Assembly (NCBI GenBank): GCA_017609985.1
Contig: JAFCCW010000013.1
Location: forward strand, 21,652-85,651
Direction: 5' to 3'
Length of the DNA stretch: 64,000 nt
Source: Candidatus Iainarchaeum sp.
GTDB lineage: Archaea > Iainarchaeota > Iainarchaeia > Iainarchaeales > JAFCCW01
In this document: positions 37,201 through 46,517 of the stretch, piece after piece
How positions within the stretch are numbered: position 1 is the first letter of the stretch
Layout of the letters: the number at the start of each line of letters is the position of its first letter
Notes under the pieces: generated by a model
What the model saw: the letters and a program-made list of their open reading frames with translations, nothing else
Databases searched by the model: none
What the model was told of the DNA's origin: nothing
Program-made: the position numbers and the translations under genes

Positions 37201-38113
37201 CCACTACGTCTTTGAGGTTTTTTACTCCCTCTTGGTTCATCCATTTTTCTGTTTCTCCAAGCACGTCTCCAAAAACATCTAAATCTCTCGTGTAATGGAT
37301 TGCTGTGCCGATTCCATACATGCTTGCTCCTGCCATTGCATATTCTATCAGGTCTCGTCCATGGCTTATTCCGCCCATTCCAAGAATTGGCACTTCTCCA
37401 CCAGTTGCTTCATAAATATCGTAAACGCATCTTACTCCAATTGGTTTTATTGCCGGACCCGACAGCCCGCCTCTCTTGTTTGCAAGAACTGGTGCACGGG
37501 CTTCAATATTTATCAGCATTCCCGGACCGACTGTATTGATTGCACAGATTGCATCTGCTCCTGCGTCCACACAAGCCTTTGCTACTTCTCCTATGTCGTG
37601 CGCCTGCGGAGTCATCTTTGGCATTACGGGAATCTTTCCAACAGCATTTTTTACTTTCTCGGTCACCTTTGCAGCGTCCTCTGCTCTTAGCCCAAAAGCC
37701 TGCCCGTGTCCTTTTGCGTGGGGACAGCTGATGTTCGGCTCAATCAAAGCAGGCTTGTGAACTGCAACAGCTTTTGCAACCTCTTCAAAGTCTTCAAAGC
37801 TTCCGCCAAGAATGCTTGCAATAACCCTGTCCATTCTTCCGTTCAATCCTTGCCATTCATCATTAAGATTTTCAATTCCCGGGGTGGGCAATCCAACAGC
37901 ATTTATTACTCCGTGCTCCCATGGAACAACAGTGGGATTAGGATTTCCTTCCCGTTCCACCAGGCCGATGCTCTTCATTGTAACAGCTCCAGCGCCGCCC
38001 TCGTCAAGAACTCTGAGGAGAACTTCAGCATTTACTCCAAGAAATCCTGACGGAAGAACAGCAGGGTTTGGAAATTTCTTTCCGCAAAAAACAGTTTTGA
38101 ACTCTAAACCCAT
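37184..38113 (-). CDS. pyrD: Dihydroorotate dehydrogenase, family 1B catalytic subunit
   Basis: NAVGL, NISCPH, INT, GGLSGPAIKP and GMGGI motifs. Confidence 0.95.
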   Translation of the reverse strand: MGLEFKTVFCGKKFPNPAVLPSGFLGVNAEVLLRVLDEGGAGAVTMKSIGLVEREGNPNPTVVPWEHGVINAVGLPTPGIENLNDEWQGLNGRMDRVIASILGGSFEDFEEVAKAVAVHKPALIEPNISCPHAKGHGQAFGLRAEDAAKVTEKVKNAVGKIPVMPKMTPQAHDIGEVAKACVDAGADAICAINTVGPGMLINIEARAPVLANKRGGLSGPAIKPIGVRCVYDIYEATGGEVPILGMGGISHGRDLIEYAMAGASMYGIGTAIHYTRDLDVFGDVLGETEKWMNQEGVKNLKDVVGVAHK

Positions 38114-38211
38114 CAAACCCGCTAAGTACAAGGTGCAGCAGTTTTTTTAAAGATATCTTGAACCACAAAATAAAATACTCTGATTTAAATATTTCTAATG
38201 TCTAATAATAA

Positions 38212-39528
<1,317 letters not shown>

Positions 39529-39532
39529 AAAC

Positions 39533-40486
39533 TCACTCTTTTAGCATTTCAATAAGAGAAGTATAATCGCGTCTGTCAAGATGCAGGCGCTTGAACATCA
39601 GCATGGAAAACATTTGAGGGGTAAATACGCCGAATTCGCATACAATTCCCTCAATATATTCTCTTTCTGTGATATCAAAAGCAGGGTTCTCCACTTTCAC
39701 ATTTTTAATCTTTTTATCCCAGACTTCTTCAGACGGGCGTTGCTCTATTTTCTCTTCAACACCATAGTATGTCAGCGGGTCAAAGCCATAGCTGGAGGTT
39801 GCAACATAGTGCGGTGTTTCCATCTTCTGTGCTGCAAGGCTTATCATTCTTGTTCCAATCTTGTTCACTACATCTCCGTCTGCTAGAACAGCGTCTGCTC
39901 CTGTGAAAAAATAATCACAGTCTCGCAGATGATTCATGGCTGAACTGTCCACAACAAGCCTGACGGGAATTCCCTTCTTTGCTAAATTGCTTGCAGTAAT
40001 TCTTCCCTGAAATCTTGGTCTTGTTTCAGTGCACACAACAGCCTTGATTTTTTTTTGCCGGTGTGCTTCTGAGATGATTTCTTCAACCGTGCTTGAATGG
40101 CAGTGCGTAAAAACAGTGCTTTCTTTTCTAATAAGTGCAGAGCCGACTTTTGCAATTTTTTTCATGGCTTGTTCCCTGTTCTGTTCATAATCGTCAATTT
40201 TTCTGACAACACTGTTCTTTAATTCCTGATAAGTTTTCTGAGCCTGTGTTGTGTGCAGAACAACACGCATTGCAGTTCTTGTCTCTGGTTCGGTTGGTCT
40301 GGCAGTCACCAGCTTCCAAATGTTTCTCTTCAGCTCGTTCCTGAAAGCATCAGCAGTTTTTGCCTTGCTCTCTTGAACAGATTCCCTTATTGCTTTGAGA
40401 ACAGTCTTCCTTACATTGCTTGCGCCCTGAACCTTAAGGCTCTTGATTCTCTCAACTGCCTTTTTTACAACCTTGTCTGCAGACAT
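39533..40486 (-). CDS. Ribose-1,5-bisphosphate isomerase (eIF-2B-like family)
   Basis: VQGA, ARPTEP, THCHSS, ETRPRFQG, GADA, NKIGT and NPAFD motifs. Confidence 0.88.
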   Translation of the reverse strand: MSADKVVKKAVERIKSLKVQGASNVRKTVLKAIRESVQESKAKTADAFRNELKRNIWKLVTARPTEPETRTAMRVVLHTTQAQKTYQELKNSVVRKIDDYEQNREQAMKKIAKVGSALIRKESTVFTHCHSSTVEEIISEAHRQKKIKAVVCTETRPRFQGRITASNLAKKGIPVRLVVDSSAMNHLRDCDYFFTGADAVLADGDVVNKIGTRMISLAAQKMETPHYVATSSYGFDPLTYYGVEEKIEQRPSEEVWDKKIKNVKVENPAFDITEREYIEGIVCEFGVFTPQMFSMLMFKRLHLDRRDYTSLIEMLKE

Positions 40487-40646
40487 AATGCAAATAGAAT
40501 GCTTTTTGTGTATAAAAGCTTTTTTCCAAACAGAACTTTTTTATTCCCGCAATATTTCTTTTCCGGTTTGTTTCCGCGAAACCCTTTTAAATCGTTTTAG
40601 TAGGGATTATTTACAGAACTTCTTTACGGGATAGGGGGATTAATTT

Positions 40647-41828
40647 ATGGATGATTTTGTCAAAAAAGCGCTTAAGAGGGCACAGGGTGCTGAAAAATCT
40701 GTTAAGGCAACACAGAAAAAGGAAAAGAAGATTTTAAAGACTTCAAAAAAGGTTCCAAAGGGAGACAAGGTTGTTTCTCTTAGAAGCGATGAAGATCTTG
40801 TAAAACTTCTTGAAACAAGCCAGGCAAAAATTCATGTTGTCGGAATCGGTGGAGGAGGTTGCAACACGCTTCAGAGAATGACTGAAGTTGGCATAGCTGG
40901 AGCAGAAACTTTTGCAGTTAACACTGATGCTCAAGACCTTCTTTCAACAAATTCTGACAGAAAAATGCTTATTGGAAAAAAGCTAACGCGCGGACTTGGC
41001 TCCGGCTCTGACCCACAAGTTGGAGAAGCAGCAGCAAGAGAATCCATTGAAGACCTTAGAGAAGAATTAGAGGAAAGCGATTTAGTATTCATTACCTGCG
41101 GAATGGGTGGCGGAACAGGAACAGGTGCCTCACCAATGGTTGCAGAAATTGCAAAAGAATCCAAGGCTCTTACAATAGGAGTCGTAACTCTTCCCTTCAC
41201 TGTAGAGGGAAAGAAGAGAATGGAGAACGCGCTTATGGGACTTCAGGCTCTGAGAAAGAATGCTGACACAGTAATTGTTATTCCAAACGACAAAATCCTT
41301 GAAATAGCTCCAGACTTGCCCGTTAACGCAGCTTTCAAAGTTGCAGACGAAGTTTTAACAAACGCAGTTAAGGGAATCACTGAACTTGTTACAAAACCAG
41401 GTTTGATTAATCTTGATTTTGCTGACCTGAAAACAATCCTCAAGAGAGGCGGAGCAGCAATGATTGGGTTGGGAGAAAGCCATTCTTCAGAGGCAAGCGA
41501 AACACGTGCTCTTGAAGCTGTTGAAAACGCGCTTACATCCCCCCTCCTTGACGTTGACATAAGCAATGCAAGCCGTGCATTGGTCAATGTTGTGGGTGGA
41601 GCAGACATGACTCTCAGAGAAGCTGAGATGATTGTTGAAACTGTTGGAGCAAAAATCAATCCTGGTGCTCACATTATTTGGGGTGCAATGGTTGATGAGA
41701 ATATTCCAAAAAACCAGATTCAAGCAATGGTTGTTGTTGCTGGAGGAAAATTTCCTTATCTTGACGGCGAAAATCTTGATTTGGACAAAGAAGGGCCTAT
41801 TGACCTCGGAATCGAGTTCACAGGTTAG
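40647..41828 (+). CDS. ftsZ: Cell division protein FtsZ
   Basis: GGGGCN, NTDAQDL, GMGGGTGTG and NLDFAD motifs; precedes secE-spt5. Confidence 0.97.
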   Translation: MDDFVKKALKRAQGAEKSVKATQKKEKKILKTSKKVPKGDKVVSLRSDEDLVKLLETSQAKIHVVGIGGGGCNTLQRMTEVGIAGAETFAVNTDAQDLLSTNSDRKMLIGKKLTRGLGSGSDPQVGEAAARESIEDLREELEESDLVFITCGMGGGTGTGASPMVAEIAKESKALTIGVVTLPFTVEGKKRMENALMGLQALRKNADTVIVIPNDKILEIAPDLPVNAAFKVADEVLTNAVKGITELVTKPGLINLDFADLKTILKRGGAAMIGLGESHSSEASETRALEAVENALTSPLLDVDISNASRALVNVVGGADMTLREAEMIVETVGAKINPGAHIIWGAMVDENIPKNQIQAMVVVAGGKFPYLDGENLDLDKEGPIDLGIEFTG

Positions 41829-41856
41829 CTTTTTAAGCAATAGGGAATGATAGGTT

Positions 41857-42033
41857 ATGATGCTGGACATTGGAAAATTTCTTTCTGACTCAAAGCGAGT
41901 ACTCCTTATTGCTCGAAAACCAGGTTGGGATGAATTCAAGACAATGGCAAAAATAACAGGATTGGGAATAATTGTCATTGGAGCAATTGGATTCTTTGTG
42001 CTTCTTTTCTTCACGCTGATTGGCTTGAAGTAG
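41857..42033 (+). CDS. secE: Protein translocase subunit SecE/Sec61-gamma (58 aa, not in the ORF track)
   Basis: MMLDIGKFLSDSKRVLLIARKPGWDEFKTMAKITGLGIIVIGAIGFF; canonical position. Confidence 0.93.
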   Translation: MMLDIGKFLSDSKRVLLIARKPGWDEFKTMAKITGLGIIVIGAIGFFVLLFFTLIGLK

Positions 42034-42048
42034 TTTTTTTTCAGGAAC

Positions 42049-42109
42049 AGCCCATGCGACTGAAAGGAGTGTGGGCTACTTGCCAGCCGAAAGCCACGGC
42101 TTAGGATAG
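42049..42109 (+). ncRNA. Unidentified structured RNA-like motif, copy B
   Basis: AGCCCATGC-GACTGAAAGGA-GTGTGGGCT hairpin followed by AGCCG-N7-CGGCT; matches copy A. Confidence 0.6.
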
Positions 42110-42171
42110 TTTTTTAATGCTTTATGAAGTCAATTAGTTTACTAATTTCTCCTTTTTGGGGCTGAATTAAA

Positions 42172-42615
42172 ATGATTTTTCCGGTGAGAACAACAGTTGG
42201 GCAGGAAAGCCTTGTGGTAGATATAATTAGCAGTAAGATAAAGGCAGAAGGCCTTAACATTTACTCTATTGCTGTTATTCCGGGTCTAAGGGGCTATATG
42301 CTCATTGAAGCAGACAATGAAATGACTGTAAGACGTGCAATGACTAATACTCCTCACATTAAGGGCAGGGGTGTTGTTGGCGGAGGCGAGGTTAAAATTT
42401 CCGAGCTTGATTCACTGCTTGAAGCAAAGCCTTTGATGAAGAGCATTAAAGAGGGTCAGAAAGTTCAGCTTATAAGCGGTCCTTTCAAGAACGAGAAAGC
42501 AAAGGTGCTGAGAATTAATGCGCCAAAAGAAGAAGTTACTGTTGAACTGCTTGAAGCAGCTGTAAAGATTCCTGTCACTATAAAGGCAGAGCATATCAGG
42601 ATTTTGAAGGAATAG
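42172..42615 (+). CDS. spt5: Transcription elongation factor Spt5/NusG
   Basis: TTVGQE, LRGYMLIEA and KOW ISGPFK motifs. Confidence 0.95.
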   Translation: MIFPVRTTVGQESLVVDIISSKIKAEGLNIYSIAVIPGLRGYMLIEADNEMTVRRAMTNTPHIKGRGVVGGGEVKISELDSLLEAKPLMKSIKEGQKVQLISGPFKNEKAKVLRINAPKEEVTVELLEAAVKIPVTIKAEHIRILKE

Positions 42616-42640
42616 GAGATAGGAATAAGGAGATGATTTA

Positions 42641-43498
42641 ATGCCTGAGATAAGCGTTTTGGTTGAAGGAGGCAAGGCTTCTGCTGGTGCTCCGCTTGGT
42701 CCAGCTCTTGGTCCTCTTGGAGTAAACATTGGAGAAATTGTCAATTCAATTAATGAAAAAACAAAGAATTACAATGGAATGAAGGTTCCAGTAAAAGTTA
42801 TTGTTGACTCTGGAACAAAAGAGTTTGACATAAAGGTTGGTTCTCCCCCTGCTTCAGCACTTATTAAGCAAGAGTTAGGAATTGACAAAGCAGCTCAAAA
42901 TCCAAAAACAGAGGTTGTTGGAAACTTGTCAATGGATCAGGTTGTGAAGATTGCTAAAATGAAAATGGATGACCTTGCATCCTCTGAAATAAGAAGTGCT
43001 GCAAGGGAAATCATTGGCGCCTGCAATAGCATGGGCGTTACAGTTGACGGAAAAAAAGCAAAAATTGTCCAGGGCTTAATTGTTGCTGGAAAATATGATT
43101 CTGTTCTCGGTGGACCTGTTGTTTCAGATTCTTCTCCTGTTCAGAATGCTATTGCAGAGCAAAAGGCAGAGGAAAAAGTGAAAGAAGAAGAAGTGAAAAC
43201 AGAAGAAAAAGAGCAAAAAGAGCAAACCCCTGCTGTTGACACAGAAGCTGATGAAAAAGCAGAGGCTCTTGCGGAAGGGCCTGTTGAATCTTCAGAATCT
43301 AATATTGAACAGGAAGCAGAGGCTTTGATGGAAGAAAAATCTGCTGAACCTGCTGTTGTTGAAGAAGCAAAGCAGAATATTGAACAGTTAAAAGAGATTG
43401 TTGAAGACAATAGTCAAGACAAATCTGAAGAACAGAAAGAGCAGACTAAAGCAGGAGAAAACAAGGCTAGTGAAGAGAAAAAGCCTAAACCCGAATAA
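42641..43498 (+). CDS. rpl11: 50S ribosomal protein uL11 with a long acidic C-terminal extension
   Basis: GGKASAGAPLGPALGPLG and GMKVPVKV; about 125 extra E/K/Q-rich residues. Confidence 0.95.
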   Translation: MPEISVLVEGGKASAGAPLGPALGPLGVNIGEIVNSINEKTKNYNGMKVPVKVIVDSGTKEFDIKVGSPPASALIKQELGIDKAAQNPKTEVVGNLSMDQVVKIAKMKMDDLASSEIRSAAREIIGACNSMGVTVDGKKAKIVQGLIVAGKYDSVLGGPVVSDSSPVQNAIAEQKAEEKVKEEEVKTEEKEQKEQTPAVDTEADEKAEALAEGPVESSESNIEQEAEALMEEKSAEPAVVEEAKQNIEQLKEIVEDNSQDKSEEQKEQTKAGENKASEEKKPKPE

Positions 43499-43602
43499 TA
43501 TTTAAAGGTTTCATTTGAAAACTATAATATAGAAGTGCTGTTTTTTAACAGCCGTTTACCACTCTCTCTTCCGATTAGGGATGGGCTGTGGGAGGCAATA
43601 AA

Positions 43603-44271
43603 ATGAATGAAAAAGATTTTGTAGATGCACTGAAGCAAATGCGTGATTCCTCAAGGGAGAGGAAGTTCGAGCAGAGCATAGAGCTTATTGTAAACTTAAA
43701 AGGAATTGACTTTAAAAAGTCACAAAATCAGATTGATGAAAAGGTTTCTCTTCCTTTTTCAACAGGCAAGAGTTCAGGCAAGACAATTATTTTTGTTAAA
43801 GACAAAGAGTTTGCTTCCCAGCTTGAAGGCAAGACCGATAAGATAATGATGGAATCTGAAATTCCATCAATTTCAAAAAAAGATGCTCAGAATCTTGCAA
43901 TAGAGTATGACCTGCTTTTAGCAGAAGGGCCTGTGATGGTTGCCGTTGGAAAGCATCTTGGACAGATTTTGGCTCCAAAGGGAAAAATGCCTAAACCTAT
44001 TTCAAAAAATATTGACGAAGTTGAAAGAATGCTTAAGACTGCTGGAACAACCACAAGAATCACAAACAAGAAAGGAAAGTTTATGCCAATTATTCAGGTT
44101 GTTGTTGGAAAGGAATCAATGGCTGACGAGCAGATTGCAAAAAATGCTATTGCGATTTACAATTCTGTTCTTTCTGCAGTTCCTTCAAAGCACAACATCA
44201 AAAGTGTTATTGTGAAAACAACCATGGGTTCTCCTGTAAAATTGGGTGGAATAAAGGGTGAATCTAAATGA
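43603..44271 (+). CDS. rpl1: 50S ribosomal protein uL1
   Basis: RKFEQSIEL, LAPKGKMP and KTTMG motifs; GGAGG SD sequence. Confidence 0.95.
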   Translation: MNEKDFVDALKQMRDSSRERKFEQSIELIVNLKGIDFKKSQNQIDEKVSLPFSTGKSSGKTIIFVKDKEFASQLEGKTDKIMMESEIPSISKKDAQNLAIEYDLLLAEGPVMVAVGKHLGQILAPKGKMPKPISKNIDEVERMLKTAGTTTRITNKKGKFMPIIQVVVGKESMADEQIAKNAIAIYNSVLSAVPSKHNIKSVIVKTTMGSPVKLGGIKGESK

Positions 44272-45332
44272 CTTCACACAATTTTGAATGGAAAAAGAAT
44301 CAGGTTGAAGAGTTAAAGGCTCTTGTTTCAAACCATGCTGTTGTTGCTGTTGCAGAGCTTGATAGATTTCCTGCTTCAATGTTTCAAATCCTGAGAAAAG
44401 CACTTAAGGGAAAAGCAGTAATGAAGGTTTCAAAAAATCGTGTAATAAAAAAGGCTTTTGAAGATCAGGGAATTGGAAGCGATTTTCTTGACAAAATATT
44501 GGGGAGTGTTGTAGTAATATTTACTGACATGAACCCGTTTGAACTTTATACTTTCATTAAAAAGAATGAAGGAAAAACTTTTGCTTCGTCTGGAATGATT
44601 GCAGAAAATGACATAGTTGTTCCTGCTGGAGACTCTGGTTTGCCTCCTGGCCCTGCGTTGAGTGAATTAAAGGCAGCAGGAATTAAGACAAAACTAGAGG
44701 GTCCAACAATTCAGATTGCAAAAGATTGTGTTGTTACAAAAAAAGGAGAAGTTATTACTCCTGAGGTTGCGTCTGCTCTGCAAAAACTTGAAATAAAAAC
44801 TGTTAATGTCAGACTTAACCTTACAAATGCTCTTGAAGGAAAAGATATTTTTGCAAGAGACATTCTTGACATCGATACTGAGCAAGTTTTCAATGACTTT
44901 GTGTCTGCACACAATAAGGCATTTAATCTTGCATTCAACTCAGGCATTGTTATGCCACAGAATATTGAATTGTTTATTGCCAAGGCTTTCACTAATTCAA
45001 AGGCCCTTGCTATTGAAGCAGGAATCATGAATAATGAAACAGTCAAGGATCTGCTTGGAAAAGCAAATATTCAGGCTTCTGCATTGAAGTCAATGGTAAA
45101 AGAACCAGTGTCTGCAAAGGAAGCAGGAGACGAGGCAAAAGAGGAAGTCAAAGCAGAAGAGAAAGAAGAGAACAAGGAAGAAGTCAAAGAGGAATCAAAA
45201 GAAGAAGCCAAGGACGAAGTTAAGGAAGAACCAAAAGAGGAAGCAGGAAAAGAGGAACCAAAGGAAGAGCCTAAACCTGATTCCGAGGAAGAGGCTTCTG
45301 AAATTCCTGAAAAAACAGAGGAGAAAGCTTAG
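44268..45332 (+). CDS. rpl10: 50S ribosomal protein uL10 (P0)
   Basis: WKKNQVEEL, NPFEL and GDSGLPPGP motifs; acidic tail. Confidence 0.95.
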   Translation: MTSHNFEWKKNQVEELKALVSNHAVVAVAELDRFPASMFQILRKALKGKAVMKVSKNRVIKKAFEDQGIGSDFLDKILGSVVVIFTDMNPFELYTFIKKNEGKTFASSGMIAENDIVVPAGDSGLPPGPALSELKAAGIKTKLEGPTIQIAKDCVVTKKGEVITPEVASALQKLEIKTVNVRLNLTNALEGKDIFARDILDIDTEQVFNDFVSAHNKAFNLAFNSGIVMPQNIELFIAKAFTNSKALAIEAGIMNNETVKDLLGKANIQASALKSMVKEPVSAKEAGDEAKEEVKAEEKEENKEEVKEESKEEAKDEVKEEPKEEAGKEEPKEEPKPDSEEEASEIPEKTEEKA

Positions 45333-45367
45333 CAGTTTATTAATTTGCTAAAACCGAGGTGAACGAA

Positions 45368-45682
45368 ATGGAATATGTATATAGCGCAATGCTTTTGCAT
45401 TCTGCCAAAAAGGAAGTCACCGAGGAAGCTGTAACCAGTATACTCAAGTCAGCAGGTGTTGAAGTCGATGCTGCAAGAGTAAAGGCATTGGTTGCATCTC
45501 TCAAGGACGTCAACATTGACGAAGCAATTGAGAAAGCAGTTGTAGCAGCACCTGTTGCAGCAGCACCAGCAGCTTCTGGAGGCGCACCAGCAGAAGGCGG
45601 AGCAGCCGAAGAAAAAGAAGAGAAAGAAGAAGGAAAAACTGAAGAAGAGGCAGCAGAGGGACTTAGTTCACTATTCGGCTGA
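45368..45682 (+). CDS. rpl12: 50S ribosomal stalk protein P1/aL12
   Basis: [11 protein letters not shown] at the start, [13 protein letters not shown] at the end. Confidence 0.97.
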   Translation: MEYVYSAMLLHSAKKEVTEEAVTSILKSAGVEVDAARVKALVASLKDVNIDEAIEKAVVAAPVAAAPAASGGAPAEGGAAEEKEEKEEGKTEEEAAEGLSSLFG

Positions 45683-45779
45683 ATCCCAGCCTCATTTTTC
45701 TTATTTTTTTCCATAATTTTTAGCTTTCAGCTACTGCTTCTGAAGAAAGTCTTTTATTTTTAGAACCCCTATTTTTTTA

Positions 45780-46394
45780 ATGCTTCCAAAACCAAAGAAT
45801 CATAGGCACAGGATTGTTCATCTTGGAAATATTGGGGTGTTTTCTCCTGGAAGCAGAGGGAGAGAAGTGCCCCTTCAAAGAAGCTTTGATGTTGCAAGGC
45901 GGCATCCTAATTGGAAAGTAATTGGCATTGATCATAAAGAAATAGGTGAACGGGAACAAGAAATTCCTGACACTTCTGGAAATGGAAAAATTCGGTTGAA
46001 AGATTTTCATGGAGACAATCTTCCTGAAAACTGGCAGCAAATTACTGCTGATTTTGAAGAAGGCCTGGCACAGCTTGAAGATTCTTCAATAACCCTTGTA
46101 AGTTCTGACATTGCATTAGGACACTATAGTGGCAGAAAAAATCCAAGCGAAGAAATTCAGAAATACACTGCTCGTGTTCTTAATCTGGCTCATGACAAAT
46201 TAATGAAGGGCGGAAGGCTAACTGTTCTTGTTGGTAATTCTTCGCTTGAAATTATGGAAAGAGCTTTGTCAAATTCAAGCTTTAGAAAAAAGTACAAAAT
46301 AATAAAAGCATCTCCTGCTGAAATAAAGCGTTCTTACTGGGCAAGGAGAATGTCTGATTCTCAAACAATTTGGAGAATTACTGCAAAAAAATAA
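45780..46394 (+). CDS. Orphan with a degenerate SAM-methyltransferase-like fold
   Basis: ARRHPNWKVIGID, ADF and KLMKGGRL; glycine-rich motif I is degenerate. Confidence 0.55.
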   Translation: MLPKPKNHRHRIVHLGNIGVFSPGSRGREVPLQRSFDVARRHPNWKVIGIDHKEIGEREQEIPDTSGNGKIRLKDFHGDNLPENWQQITADFEEGLAQLEDSSITLVSSDIALGHYSGRKNPSEEIQKYTARVLNLAHDKLMKGGRLTVLVGNSSLEIMERALSNSSFRKKYKIIKASPAEIKRSYWARRMSDSQTIWRITAKK

Positions 46395-46517
46395 TTTGTG
46401 ATTTAAAAAAAATTGCCTGTTGCTCTTTTCAAATCAATTGTTTTTGGTTTTCAAGGTTTTTTTTTTCGTTCCAAAGCAATCTATTTAAACCCTGCTTCTG
46501 TTATATTAAAGATTCAA

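Larger units (their letters stand above)
36677..37206. mobile_element. Direct-repeat-flanked 513-bp insertion carrying doc and a micro-antitoxin candidate
   Basis: ATGAGCAACACCCrCTA at 36677-36693 and 37190-37206 (13 bp perfect, 16/17 overall). Confidence 0.65.

Noticed and set aside
39533-40486. eIF-2B subunit or methylthioribose-1-phosphate isomerase call
   Set aside because: THCHS with GAD and the nearby AMP phosphorylase fit R15P isomerase better.
42049-42109. ZTP riboswitch, group II intron domain V or IS200/IS605 end hairpin as the identity of the repeated motif
   Set aside because: Only partial resemblance. The ZTP P2 and pseudoknot, the D5 bulged helix and a perfect IS hairpin or nearby tnp gene are all missing.
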